Origin: a virus
Lineage: Duplodnaviria; Heunggongvirae; Uroviricota; Caudoviricetes
IMG/VR virus record: IMGVR_UViG_3300041955_001975
Span: 26,738 to 90,737 of that record
Length of the DNA: 64,000 bases
Direction: 5' to 3' (one strand)
Both the position numbers and the translations under genes were made by a program. Below the pieces are notes generated by a model. That model had not been told where the DNA came from, did not search any database, and saw nothing but the letters and a program-made list of their open reading frames with translations. Below, piece by piece: positions 17,703-26,530 of this stretch (position 1 is its first letter; each line of letters starts with the position of its first letter).

Positions 17703-19022
17703 TTAGCCACGCAGGAGTCCAACGTCCCGGCCGCCGTCGATCAGGTAGCGCTTGGGACCATTCCTCTCGGCTTCGTGCCTCAGCTTGCAGTTGAGACGCC
17801 AGGTCACACCATGCTTCGGATTAACGCCGTGCAGCCATTGGGCCGGCTCGCGGTAGCCAGAAAACGAGTTGTAGGAATAGCTATCGGTGCCCACCCAGGC
17901 ACCGTTTACCATCATCTCGCCATCAATGTCCGAGAGGGTCGCGGCGGCATGATGGTGGCCAATGCAGTAGTACCGAATGCGCTGGCCACCGGCCGCTGCA
18001 CCCAGGGCGACGAGGCCCTTTTGCCGGCGGACCAACCCGTACCAGGGAATTCCGAGGTTCCCCCGCACATCGTCACCGTGCGCGACATTGAAGCCCACGT
18101 CGCCGATATTGATGTTGGCCGACCAGGCATCAGGAATCTGGAAGCTGACGTTCTCCAAGCCGCGGCAATGCAACCGAGCGATCTCGGCGATCAGGTAGTC
18201 GAAGTTGTCGTGGGCACCGCCGTAGTCCTTCTTGACCGTTCGCCGGCCGTGGTTGCCCGCCAGGTAAAGGATGTTCACAGCCTCGAAATGGGCCGCAAGA
18301 TCGCGGTACATCAATGCGTGCAACTGACCAATGGCCAGGCAGTTCTTGAACGTGTTGCGGTAATAGGACCGCTGCGTGGCGTTGTGGATCTCGCCGCTGG
18401 TGAAGTCCCCATAGGCCAGCACCGTCAGCGTGGGGAACTGGAACTTGGGCACCAGGGTGTCCTGGGTCCACTCGATCACGGTGTCCACCAGCCGCTCGGC
18501 GCGGGCACAGGAGATCGGAAAGTTGTACTCCTCCAGGCCGCCCACCTCGTCCGGCCGCACGACCTGATCGTGGTGGCCATCCGAGAGGTGCAGCACGCAG
18601 GCTTCCGTGATCTGGGCCTTGCGGCGGAAGTCCAGCGCCGGCGGCAGGGCCGTGAAGGGCTTGATCCGCTGTTCCATCTCACCCACGATGGCCTTGAACA
18701 GGCCGGCGACCTTGGCCCCGGCCTTGACCTTCTGCCGCTCGCGGTTCCGCTCGTCAGTCAGGTGAACGATCTCCGACTCCAGCTCCAGGATGCGGTTGTT
18801 CGTCGGATCATAGTCGGGCTCCGGCTTCCGCTGACCGCCGGCCTTCTTGGGACAGGGCTGCGCATCGTCAGGCCAGGGCACATCCTTGTGGATGCGGCCG
18901 GTGGCGATGTCCGAGACCACCGAGCGGCTGACCTTGAATTGCTTGGCGATTCTTGGCTGGGTGACCCCCTCGGCCACTTGTGCCTTGATGGCCGCGACTC
19001 TCTTATCGGATAACTTCGTCAT
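17703..19022 (-). CDS. HTH-domain plus Mre11/SbcD-like metallophosphoesterase
   Basis: N-terminal HTH (RIAKQFKVSRSVVSDIATGR). Phosphoesterase motifs LHLSDGHHD, YGDFTSG, LAGNHG and CIGHHH. Confidence 0.5.
   Translation of the reverse strand: MTKLSDKRVAAIKAQVAEGVTQPRIAKQFKVSRSVVSDIATGRIHKDVPWPDDAQPCPKKAGGQRKPEPDYDPTNNRILELESEIVHLTDERNRERQKVKAGAKVAGLFKAIVGEMEQRIKPFTALPPALDFRRKAQITEACVLHLSDGHHDQVVRPDEVGGLEEYNFPISCARAERLVDTVIEWTQDTLVPKFQFPTLTVLAYGDFTSGEIHNATQRSYYRNTFKNCLAIGQLHALMYRDLAAHFEAVNILYLAGNHGRRTVKKDYGGAHDNFDYLIAEIARLHCRGLENVSFQIPDAWSANINIGDVGFNVAHGDDVRGNLGIPWYGLVRRQKGLVALGAAAGGQRIRYYCIGHHHAAATLSDIDGEMMVNGAWVGTDSYSYNSFSGYREPAQWLHGVNPKHGVTWRLNCKLRHEAERNGPKRYLIDGGRDVGLLRG
17717..17819. repeat. 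direct repeat copy 2 (within the 3' coding end of gene 17703..19022)
   Basis: Partner of 17061..17162. Confidence 0.5.
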
Positions 19023-19234
19023 GGTGTTCCTTCGTCAGTCATAGGCCCGTGCATCGAGGGGCTTGTCGTGAGACTCTGGATTCTGCCTGGCCTTCCGCCG
19101 GTTACGTCGATGGAGGGCCTTCTTGAACTTGCGCTTTCGACCCGCCGAGCCCACGGCACGGGCAGCCTTCTTCCAAGCGTGCGGGCGTCCCATCGGTGCT
19201 TGAAGCCTCCTTGACGGGGGAGGCAGCGGGATCA

Positions 19235-20098
19235 TCAGGCGGCCGGCCTGTAGATCGCACCGTCCCCACTGTCGTCGTCAGCGTCCTCGCCGCCCTCGTC
19301 GTCGGGGTTCAACACGCAAGCGCCTGAGTAGTCGGGAGGCAACTTCTCCGTGCCGTCCGTAAGCTTGGGAACGGCCGCCACCGGAGTCTCGGGATTCAGG
19401 GCCCACAGGATGCCCATCTTCTTGGCCCAAGGAATGATCCGACGCATCGGAATGATGAAGTTCAGACCAGGACCGGCACCCTGGGTCAGCATTCCGATGT
19501 ACCTGCCGTCTTCCAGATAGACGCCGCCGCCAGACGAGCCGGGGTAGCCCATCACGGTAGTCTGCTCGAACATCTTGCCGGTCTTGAGCAGGTCCCGGTC
19601 GGTCTGCGAAATGATGCCGAGGCTTATCGAGTCATAGGTGCCCAACGTGCAGCCAACATGAATCAGCTTCGTTCCGATCTGCTGGATCGAGCCCGTCAGA
19701 TCGAACTTCGCACCGACCGTCGTAGGCCGGAAGTTGTCTTGCAGAACTTCCAAGAGGGCCAGGTCTTCCCCGTCGTCCGGGTCGCTGTAGGCAATGACCT
19801 TGGCCTCGATGTCCGACTTGCCGATCGCACGGCCGCCATCGCGGAATTCCTGCTTGATCGTCGGATTCTTGAACGTGCCGTCCGGCTGCATGAGATGCTG
19901 GACGACGTGCCCTGCCGTCCAGACGTAGGTGCGGGTGACCTCCCCGACCTGGCGGGTCACCAGGACTCCGGTGCCGAGGCCCTTGCCGACATCGACGAGG
20001 CAGGTTGTGGCTTGCAGGTTGTCGTAGACATTGGCAAAGGCAGTGCCCGCAAACAGCAACACAGCGCACAGAGACAGAATCACGGAACGAGACTTCAT
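19235..20098 (-). CDS. secreted trypsin-like (S1) serine protease
   Basis: Signal peptide MKSRSVILSLCAVLLFAGTAFA. Catalytic His (TAGHVV) and Ser (GSSGGGV) contexts. Confidence 0.6.
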   Translation of the reverse strand: MKSRSVILSLCAVLLFAGTAFANVYDNLQATTCLVDVGKGLGTGVLVTRQVGEVTRTYVWTAGHVVQHLMQPDGTFKNPTIKQEFRDGGRAIGKSDIEAKVIAYSDPDDGEDLALLEVLQDNFRPTTVGAKFDLTGSIQQIGTKLIHVGCTLGTYDSISLGIISQTDRDLLKTGKMFEQTTVMGYPGSSGGGVYLEDGRYIGMLTQGAGPGLNFIIPMRRIIPWAKKMGILWALNPETPVAAVPKLTDGTEKLPPDYSGACVLNPDDEGGEDADDDSGDGAIYRPAA

Positions 20099-20140
20099 GT
20101 TGCAAGGCTCCAGATGCAGGGTTTGGACTTCACGCAGGTT

Positions 20141-20455
20141 TCACACGAGAGCGGTGTCCTGCTCGACTTCAAGCAGGCTGTCGTATTCGGGGGCCAGCCG
20201 AGAAATCAGGGCCTCGTAAAGGATGTCGCCCAAGAGTTCGGCGTCGGACGATTCGCTGCCCACCTCTACGCGAACAATCAGGCATACGCCTTCGTCATGC
20301 TCACCGTCGTCGGGAAGCCTGAAGCTGACCGCCTCTACGCGATCCCAGGGGCGACCGTAGAAAGCTCGCTTCAGGCAGCAAGTAATGACGTTGCGAGTCG
20401 GGTTGACCTTCCAGTAGCCGTGGTACAGCCGCAGGTCGTAAGTCATGCGGATCAT
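20141..20455 (-). CDS. hypothetical protein
   Basis: From MIRMTYDL, in an ATGA-type overlap with the downstream helicase gene. Confidence 0.3.
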   Translation of the reverse strand: MIRMTYDLRLYHGYWKVNPTRNVITCCLKRAFYGRPWDRVEAVSFRLPDDGEHDEGVCLIVRVEVGSESSDAELLGDILYEALISRLAPEYDSLLEVEQDTALV

Positions 20456-22419
20456 GTCCGGTACTCCTCGAACTCGCCTTCTTTCGTGGCGGCGTCGTCC
20501 CAATCCACGCCGTCCATCACTTCGCCCATCGTCATCAATTCCAGCTTCCGGTTGGCCCGGATCACTTCGAGCACCCGGCGGTCGCTCGGCAGATGGATCA
20601 GATCGACAATGGTGCAGCCCTTGTTCAAATCCATCGAAATCCGGTGGATTCGGTCTTCCGACTGGACCCGGTACTCAGGTTTCCAGGAATTGGACCAGTA
20701 GACCGCCATCCGGCTTTCAGTGAGTGTGAGGCTCATGCCGCCGGACTCGGGATTGGCAACGAAGGCCACGCGAGGGTTTACCTCCCTGTCGGCCCAGTAG
20801 TCCAAGGGCTCTTCCGTCACGGGCGAGTCATTGTGCGGCAGGACTTGGAAGCTGCCCTGGTCGCAGCGCACTGCGCTCCACCCCTCTTTCTTCACCAGCT
20901 TCACGACTCGATCCACGGAGCCGGTGAACCCGGCGAAGACCACGATGCGTCCCGTCTCCTCGCACTCGTCGAGCAGCATCCTGAGTGCTGCATCCTTCGG
21001 GCAGGCGACTTCGCGCGTCGTGCGGACAATCTTGTCCACTTCCTTCGTACCGCCACACACCGGGCAGGCCGCCGACTGCTGAACCAACCGATCTACGACC
21101 TCATCGGGGAGCAGATCGGTGCCGGGGTAAGACCGCCCCGGGTCTTCCGGGTCCAACCAGATCGTCACCGTGCCGTCCGTGCAGTGCGTACATCGTGTCT
21201 TACCGTCCTTTACCTCGCGGTACTGGAACCCGTCGCTCAACTCCCGCAGGAGTGTCATACCAGTGACCGCATTCGGTGCCGCTTCCACCAGGGCCTTGGC
21301 GACGCGCAGGGTGCTGGCACTCGGCTTGCAAACGATCTGGCGGTAGCGTTTGTCGGGCAGGTTCAGGCAGTCCTTCTTGTGCTTAATGACCACCAGGCCC
21401 TTGAGCCGTTCGTAGAGATAGGCGACCTCATTCTTGCTGGGCGTGAACGGATGGTACTCGGCCGGGTCGGTCAGGCCGTCCAGTTCATGCGTCCCGTCCT
21501 CACGACTCTCGCCGCAGGTGGCGCACTTTGATTCGTCGTCCTTCCAGCCGACTCGCTTCTTGAAGGCGGCAGTCTCAAACTTCTGATCGACCATGAAGGC
21601 CAGGCGTGCCTCCATCGCCTTGGCGCTGCCCTCACGGAGGAATCCAGGCCAGGCAATCTCGCACTGGCTCCACCAGTCCACGGGCGTCTTGGGCGACGGC
21701 GTGCCGGACATCTCCACGACGTAGCCGTGCTCCAGGCCCCACTTCTCGCGGATCATGTCGGCCAGACGTTGCACGGCGCGGGAGCGCTGGCTGCTGTAGT
21801 TCTTCAGCCGGCTGGACTCATCGCAGATCAGGCCGTGCGGCGGCAGTTGGCCCTCGGGCCACTCGTCGATGACGCGCACCAGACCTTCGTAGGTGAAATA
21901 CTGAATGTCGAACTGCTCGGCGGGAAACTTCCAAATGCGGAACTCCCGCTTGACGTTCGGCAGGCTGGTCTTCGGACCGATCCAGAACCAGTCCTGGACG
22001 CCGGAGCGTTCGATCAACTCCTGGGCCGAGAGCGTCTTGCCCGTGCCCATCTCGGCCGCCCACAACTGGTAGTGGTAGGTCAGGCCGGAATCGGTTAGGT
22101 CCATTTGATGGGGCATGAGCGGGCGCTGATACTCATGCCGGACCAGGTCACGATCGAACCAGGCAAATACGTCCTCGCCGCACATCAGCGAAAGCTGGAA
22201 GTTGTTCCGCTGGCAGTCCTCGACCGACCATATCTTCCGCGGATTCTCTTCCTCGAAGCCGTGCCACTTCGATCCCTTCATCGCCTTGATCTCGTCCTTC
22301 AATGAGAAAGGCGACTTGATGAAGAGGATGCGGCCATCGGCTCGCTCGATCGTCGCGGGCACCTTGATAAGGCGACCGCTGCTGGTCCGCGTAACGAGCT
22401 TGAGTTCTTCGATTGCCAT
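20452..22419 (-). CDS. SNF2/DEAD-like ATP-dependent helicase
   Basis: Walker A AAEMGTGKT, DExx box LICDESSRLKN, C-terminal helicase domain, and a Cys-rich insertion (CATCG...CTHCTDG...CPVCGG). Confidence 0.7.
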   Translation of the reverse strand: MAIEELKLVTRTSSGRLIKVPATIERADGRILFIKSPFSLKDEIKAMKGSKWHGFEEENPRKIWSVEDCQRNNFQLSLMCGEDVFAWFDRDLVRHEYQRPLMPHQMDLTDSGLTYHYQLWAAEMGTGKTLSAQELIERSGVQDWFWIGPKTSLPNVKREFRIWKFPAEQFDIQYFTYEGLVRVIDEWPEGQLPPHGLICDESSRLKNYSSQRSRAVQRLADMIREKWGLEHGYVVEMSGTPSPKTPVDWWSQCEIAWPGFLREGSAKAMEARLAFMVDQKFETAAFKKRVGWKDDESKCATCGESREDGTHELDGLTDPAEYHPFTPSKNEVAYLYERLKGLVVIKHKKDCLNLPDKRYRQIVCKPSASTLRVAKALVEAAPNAVTGMTLLRELSDGFQYREVKDGKTRCTHCTDGTVTIWLDPEDPGRSYPGTDLLPDEVVDRLVQQSAACPVCGGTKEVDKIVRTTREVACPKDAALRMLLDECEETGRIVVFAGFTGSVDRVVKLVKKEGWSAVRCDQGSFQVLPHNDSPVTEEPLDYWADREVNPRVAFVANPESGGMSLTLTESRMAVYWSNSWKPEYRVQSEDRIHRISMDLNKGCTIVDLIHLPSDRRVLEVIRANRKLELMTMGEVMDGVDWDDAATKEGEFEEYRT

Positions 22420-23657
22420 TAGCGTGATGTGGTGTTGAGGCGCGAGACGGCGATGTCGCAGTTATGAACGTCCAGTTCGACGCCGATGCACTCGCGCCCC
22501 AGGCGCTTTGCAGCCACGAGGGTCGAGCCGCTGCCGGCAAAGGGATCAAGAACCACGCCGCCGGTCGGCGTGGACAAGAGTGTGAGCAAGTAGTCCATCA
22601 GCGCCAGCGGCTTCACCGTGGGGTGGTCGTTGTCCTCGCCGCGCTCTTTCTTCGTGGCCTTGGCGCAGTAAAAGAACCGGCTCGCACCGCCGGTGTCCCC
22701 GAAGCCCGTCAGGACACTACCTGTCCGATTGGCGTCAGACCCGTAGATGCCGCTGTCACCGGACGTGCCCTTACGTGTGCCGCTCGGCTTGCCGCTGGTG
22801 AGCGTGCCGGTCTGGGCGTCCAACTGCGCGGCGGCCTTTTCGTCCAAGAGGAGATTCGCAGGCCAACGGCCCTTGGTGGATTCGATGAACTGGGAACCTT
22901 TCTTCTCGGCAGACTGCTTGATGCGCTCGCCCTGTTTGCCGTGGAAGGTCGTGCCGTTGCGGTCCGCGTTGTACTTGTAGCCGGGGTTGTCGCCGATGCG
23001 GCAGGCGTCGATGTTCATGCCCGCCACGCCCCACGTCTCGGCGTTGTGGGCGATCGTGCCGTCCAGGGGCTTCATGGCCAGGATGATCGGTTCCCAGGCA
23101 GGCTTCAGGGCGAAGGCCCAGCCGGTCCACGCCTCAGCCAACGCGGTGGCCGGAGCCGTGATCTGCGCGGCGCGGAGCCGAGCGTCGGTGCCGGGGGCAT
23201 GAAGCCCATTGCCACCGCCGTAGCACCCGTTCCCCTTCCCCTCGTGCAGGTGATAGCCAGGGCGATCCAGCTTGTCGCCGATAACCTCACGCTGGGCACC
23301 CTTGGCCTTGTCGATCAGCTTGCCCACGTCGGCCGACTTCGGGAAACCCTGGCCCTGGAGCCACATCAGGGTGTCACGAATCTCCCAGCCGGCGTCTTCA
23401 ATGGCACAAACCAACCGGTGCCACGTCCGCGTGCCGCCGAACGCCGCCAGCAACGCACCGGGCTTACAGACCCTCGCAATGGCCCTCCAATAATCCGGGC
23501 CCGGCACGGCACTGTCCCAGCCCTCTCCCATGAAGGAGAGGCCGTAGGGAGGGTCCGTCACTACGTAGTCCGCGCACGCCTCGGGCAGGCCGGGGAGCAC
23601 ATTGCGCAGATCACCGTCGTAGAGGGCGATGTTGCCGTCTGTGTGGTAAGGTATCAA
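22419..23657 (-). CDS. DNA methyltransferase (N6_N4 MTase, DPPY)
   Basis: Motif IV VVTDPPYG at the N-terminus. Motif I HPTVKP...VLDPFAGSGSTLVAA at the C-terminus. Uses a TTG start. Confidence 0.7.
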   Translation of the reverse strand: MIPYHTDGNIALYDGDLRNVLPGLPEACADYVVTDPPYGLSFMGEGWDSAVPGPDYWRAIARVCKPGALLAAFGGTRTWHRLVCAIEDAGWEIRDTLMWLQGQGFPKSADVGKLIDKAKGAQREVIGDKLDRPGYHLHEGKGNGCYGGGNGLHAPGTDARLRAAQITAPATALAEAWTGWAFALKPAWEPIILAMKPLDGTIAHNAETWGVAGMNIDACRIGDNPGYKYNADRNGTTFHGKQGERIKQSAEKKGSQFIESTKGRWPANLLLDEKAAAQLDAQTGTLTSGKPSGTRKGTSGDSGIYGSDANRTGSVLTGFGDTGGASRFFYCAKATKKERGEDNDHPTVKPLALMDYLLTLLSTPTGGVVLDPFAGSGSTLVAAKRLGRECIGVELDVHNCDIAVSRLNTTSR

Positions 23658-23707
23658 GGATTGCCTTTCGCGGCTGTCGAGCAGGCCAATACGTTGAACG
23701 CCACATC

Positions 23708-23738
23708 AAGAGTTGCAAAACGCGAAAAACTGGTTTGG
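23708..23738 (-). promoter_or_regulatory. conserved intergenic motif copy D
   Basis: aagagttgcaaaacgcgaaaaactggtttgg, about 50 nt upstream of methyltransferase gene 22419..23657. Confidence 0.45.
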
Positions 23739-23744
23739 CCGATC

Positions 23745-24272
23745 TCAACGATTTCTCTTGTCTTCCAGGTAGAAGGTCTGCTGGTCCGGCGCGGTCCGGG
23801 CGCAGAAGTCGGTCCACACGCTCAAGTCCGCAGCCTCGAAGAGGGTGAAGATCCGGTTGAAGCACTGCCGCACCGGCATGGTGGCCGTCGGATCGCTGCC
23901 CGACCTGACGGCATCCCGCCACTGGGCCAAGGTCCCGGTTATGACGGCAATCTGGATGTTGTTGGCGATCGTGTTCGCCACCACGAAGGGCATTCCCGCA
24001 GCACACTGCAAGATAGCCAGCATGTCGCGTTCGTCGGCGGCCACGAAGACACTGAAGCTGACGTGGGCAAGCAGACTCGGGACAAACCCCACCGGAGCCT
24101 TGGCGTCGCGCATCGCCGCCAAATAGCTCAGAAAACGCTCGGCATCCGACAACTCACGCGGGCACAAGTCGGCCTTGTCGGTCAGGCTGTACCCCAGCGC
24201 GCGGTGACTCAAGCCCAAGAAGGTCGTGAAGTCGATGGTCGGCTTGTTAATCAGGACGGCATCCGGCTTCAT
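23745..24272 (-). CDS. hypothetical protein
   Basis: From MKPDAVLINKPTIDF; 176 aa. Its 5' leader contains a tRNA-like 3' fragment. Confidence 0.35.
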   Translation of the reverse strand: MKPDAVLINKPTIDFTTFLGLSHRALGYSLTDKADLCPRELSDAERFLSYLAAMRDAKAPVGFVPSLLAHVSFSVFVAADERDMLAILQCAAGMPFVVANTIANNIQIAVITGTLAQWRDAVRSGSDPTATMPVRQCFNRIFTLFEAADLSVWTDFCARTAPDQQTFYLEDKRNR

Positions 24273-24308
24273 GGCAGTACGACCCCGGTAAGGAGGAAAG
24301 AGAGACAA

Positions 24309-24395
24309 TAGACACCGCCGGGACTCGAACCCGGACGCACCGAAAGCTGACGGCGAGGCTTTATGGGATGAATCTGTGTGCTCGCGCAGACGGTG
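24309..24395 (-). other. tRNA-like 3' fragment (T-arm plus acceptor 3' strand), not foldable into a full tRNA
   Basis: Minus strand: ...GCGTCCGGGTTCGAGTCCCGGCGGTGTCT. A 5' partner GACACCG exists only 85-108 nt upstream, and there is no canonical D or anticodon arm. Confidence 0.3.
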
Positions 24396-24424
24396 TTGCT
24401 GCTTTACAACACGGTGTCTTCGAG

Positions 24425-24452
24425 GGCCGCAGGCGGTGCGCACCGCCTGCGG
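24425..24452. repeat. 28-bp perfect palindrome
   Basis: GCCGCAGGCGGTGC|GCACCGCCTGCGGC, intergenic between genes 24619..25359 and 23745..24272. Confidence 0.5.
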
Positions 24453-24618
24453 CTGCGGACGAAAGACCCACCGAGAGTGAGCGTGCCCTGTGGCAGAGGC
24501 CCGATGGGTTTACTGATCTACTCGCCCATGATGCACGTCACCGTCGAACGGGAGCGGTGCAGCGAGTGTGTTGACCCTGCCGGCGGCCTTGTGGCTGATC
24601 CGGCAGGGAGCCGATGCG

Positions 24619-25359
24619 CTAGCGGGCGCGGGCCTTCTTGCCCTCGGGCTCCTTCACCGTCTCGACGCCATCGCCCTTGCAGTTGATGAACCGCGTGATC
24701 TCCTTCACGATCTGGTCCTTCGACGGCAGCTTGGGGAATGGCTGGGCGCACTTCACGATGACGGGCACGTGCCAGGAATACGTGCCCTTCTCGACGAGCC
24801 GGCTCTTGAGCGTCAACGGCAGCGGGCCGTGGGGCTCCAGGCCGGCGACATCGTTGCCGGCGGCCTTCTGGCGGGCGATGTCGGCGGCCGTCAGCGGCAG
24901 GAACGGGTAGACCTTCTTGGCCTCGCTCCGCGTGCTCTTCGTGCCGCAGAAGAACTCCAGGAAGCGGTTGGTGCTCCGCTCGTAGACGAGGAAGCTGGGG
25001 CCGTACATGCAGTGCGACTCCTTTTCCAGCGACTGCGCTGCGATCCGCTTGAACTCATCCGACTCGGGATCGTAGTTCACGATCAGGGCGTCGCCGTCGG
25101 TCATGTCGATGGCCTTCGGCCGGCGAGCCAGCGGGATGATGTGGATGGTGTCGGTCAGGTCGGCGACCTCTTCGCCATCGGGAATGCCGTAGTGGCCGGG
25201 TCGGACCTGGCCTTTGTTGACAGCCTTGCCCTTGGTGTACAGTTGCAGGCGGCCGATGAAGTCGGCGCTCTTGGCCAATTCGATGAACTGATCGTCGGTT
25301 CCGAGCTGGGTGGAGGGGAGTTGCGCAAGATCGACGGGGACCAGCGAGCTGTCGGACAT
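24619..25359 (-). CDS. hypothetical protein (basic C-terminal tail)
   Basis: From MSDSSLVPVDL; C-terminus KEPEGKKARAR. No confident family match. Confidence 0.35.
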   Translation of the reverse strand: MSDSSLVPVDLAQLPSTQLGTDDQFIELAKSADFIGRLQLYTKGKAVNKGQVRPGHYGIPDGEEVADLTDTIHIIPLARRPKAIDMTDGDALIVNYDPESDEFKRIAAQSLEKESHCMYGPSFLVYERSTNRFLEFFCGTKSTRSEAKKVYPFLPLTAADIARQKAAGNDVAGLEPHGPLPLTLKSRLVEKGTYSWHVPVIVKCAQPFPKLPSKDQIVKEITRFINCKGDGVETVKEPEGKKARAR

Positions 25360-25450
25360 GAGTAGCCTCAGAGTTGAAACGGGAATAGGGGCGTGAACAG
25401 ATACAGGAAAAGCAAACTGCAAACGCGGCCGGTGATGACAGGGTGTTACT

Positions 25451-26359
25451 TCATGGTTCGGTCTCCTCGGTAAAGTGCCTCCTCATACGCTCTCGTAGCT
25501 TTCCTCTCTGCTCTTCGAGACTCTTGGCGTCGAGGTGCGTGATCCACTCCAGGCAGGCGTTCCAACCGTCCACCGCCGTCCGTGCATTTCTGGCGGCGAG
25601 CATCATGGGCCCGGCTTCAGGTGTCTCTTTCTCGGTCAGAACTTCTCGCAAGTTGCGAAGGTGGGCAACGGGCGTGAACTCGTTGTTGAACAACACGTCC
25701 AGCTTCCCTTGCCGTGCCGCCTCGCGCTGCTGCTTGATGAAGGCAGCGACCGTGACCTTGAACACGTGGACGGGGGCCGTCCTGGCAAGATCAAGAAACC
25801 GGTGCTGTTGGCTGCGAAGGACGCGAGACAGCACGTAGCCCGACATCAAAGGGATCTCCCCGCGGTCCACGGCCTTCTGGACCTCGGGTTGCAGACGCAG
25901 GAGACCCAGTTGCTCTCCGATCCAATGCGGACTCTTGTGGATCAGCCCTTGTAGTCGCGCGTGCGACATGCCAGGGTTGGCGTCCAGGATCTTCTTCAAC
26001 TGCCTTGCAAAGTCGGTTTGCTTGGTTGTCGGCCGTATGGCATTGGCTTGAATCTGCGCGGCCACGACCATTTCATCGGTCATGCCGTACCGGACCAGGC
26101 AGGGCACAGGCGATAGCTCCAACTCCTGGTAAGCGGTGTAGCGGTACATGCCGTCCACCACTTCCCACTTCCCGGGAAGACGGGGCGAGGGCCTGACGCA
26201 GATCGAGTTCAGCGGGCCGTTGGCCGCCAGCGAGTCTCGCAACTCGATGTACTCCAGCGACTCCTTTTCCACCAATCGGAGCAGCAGGCGGGTCTCGTGG
26301 ATGTCGCAGAGCGGAATGTCACGGGACTCGATCTTCACGGTGGACTCCGGGATCAACAA
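25451..26359 (-). CDS. ParB/sulfiredoxin-like N-terminal domain protein
   Basis: ParB-like block ICVRPSPRLPGKWEVVDGMYRYTA. Second ParB-like gene in this module; TTG start. Confidence 0.5.
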   Translation of the reverse strand: MLIPESTVKIESRDIPLCDIHETRLLLRLVEKESLEYIELRDSLAANGPLNSICVRPSPRLPGKWEVVDGMYRYTAYQELELSPVPCLVRYGMTDEMVVAAQIQANAIRPTTKQTDFARQLKKILDANPGMSHARLQGLIHKSPHWIGEQLGLLRLQPEVQKAVDRGEIPLMSGYVLSRVLRSQQHRFLDLARTAPVHVFKVTVAAFIKQQREAARQGKLDVLFNNEFTPVAHLRNLREVLTEKETPEAGPMMLAARNARTAVDGWNACLEWITHLDAKSLEEQRGKLRERMRRHFTEETEP

Positions 26360-26457
26360 CTACACCTACAGGAGATGTCAAAAACGGGCGGTTTTTTCAG
26401 AAAAGGGGCACCGTTTGTGAAAAAAACACTCGTATCTGACATCTCCTGTAGGTGTAG
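26360..26457. promoter_or_regulatory. 21-bp perfect inverted repeat pair with 56-bp AT-richer spacer (candidate origin/operator/centromere-like site)
   Basis: CTACACCTACAGGAGATGTCA ... TGACATCTCCTGTAGGTGTAG, in the divergent region between the ParB-like (minus) and primase (plus) genes. Confidence 0.5.
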
Positions 26458-26530
26458 CTATCCCAGCGTCTTCCGCGCCGGAAGACCTTCCACACTGAGC
26501 GCGTGTAAACGCATCTATCAGGGAAGCGAA

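Noticed and set aside
24305-24420. A complete second tRNA gene
   Set aside because: Only a T-arm and acceptor 3' strand are convincing. The nearest complementary 5' acceptor strand is 85-108 nt away, and no D-arm or anticodon arm could be built. It is reported as a tRNA-like fragment instead.
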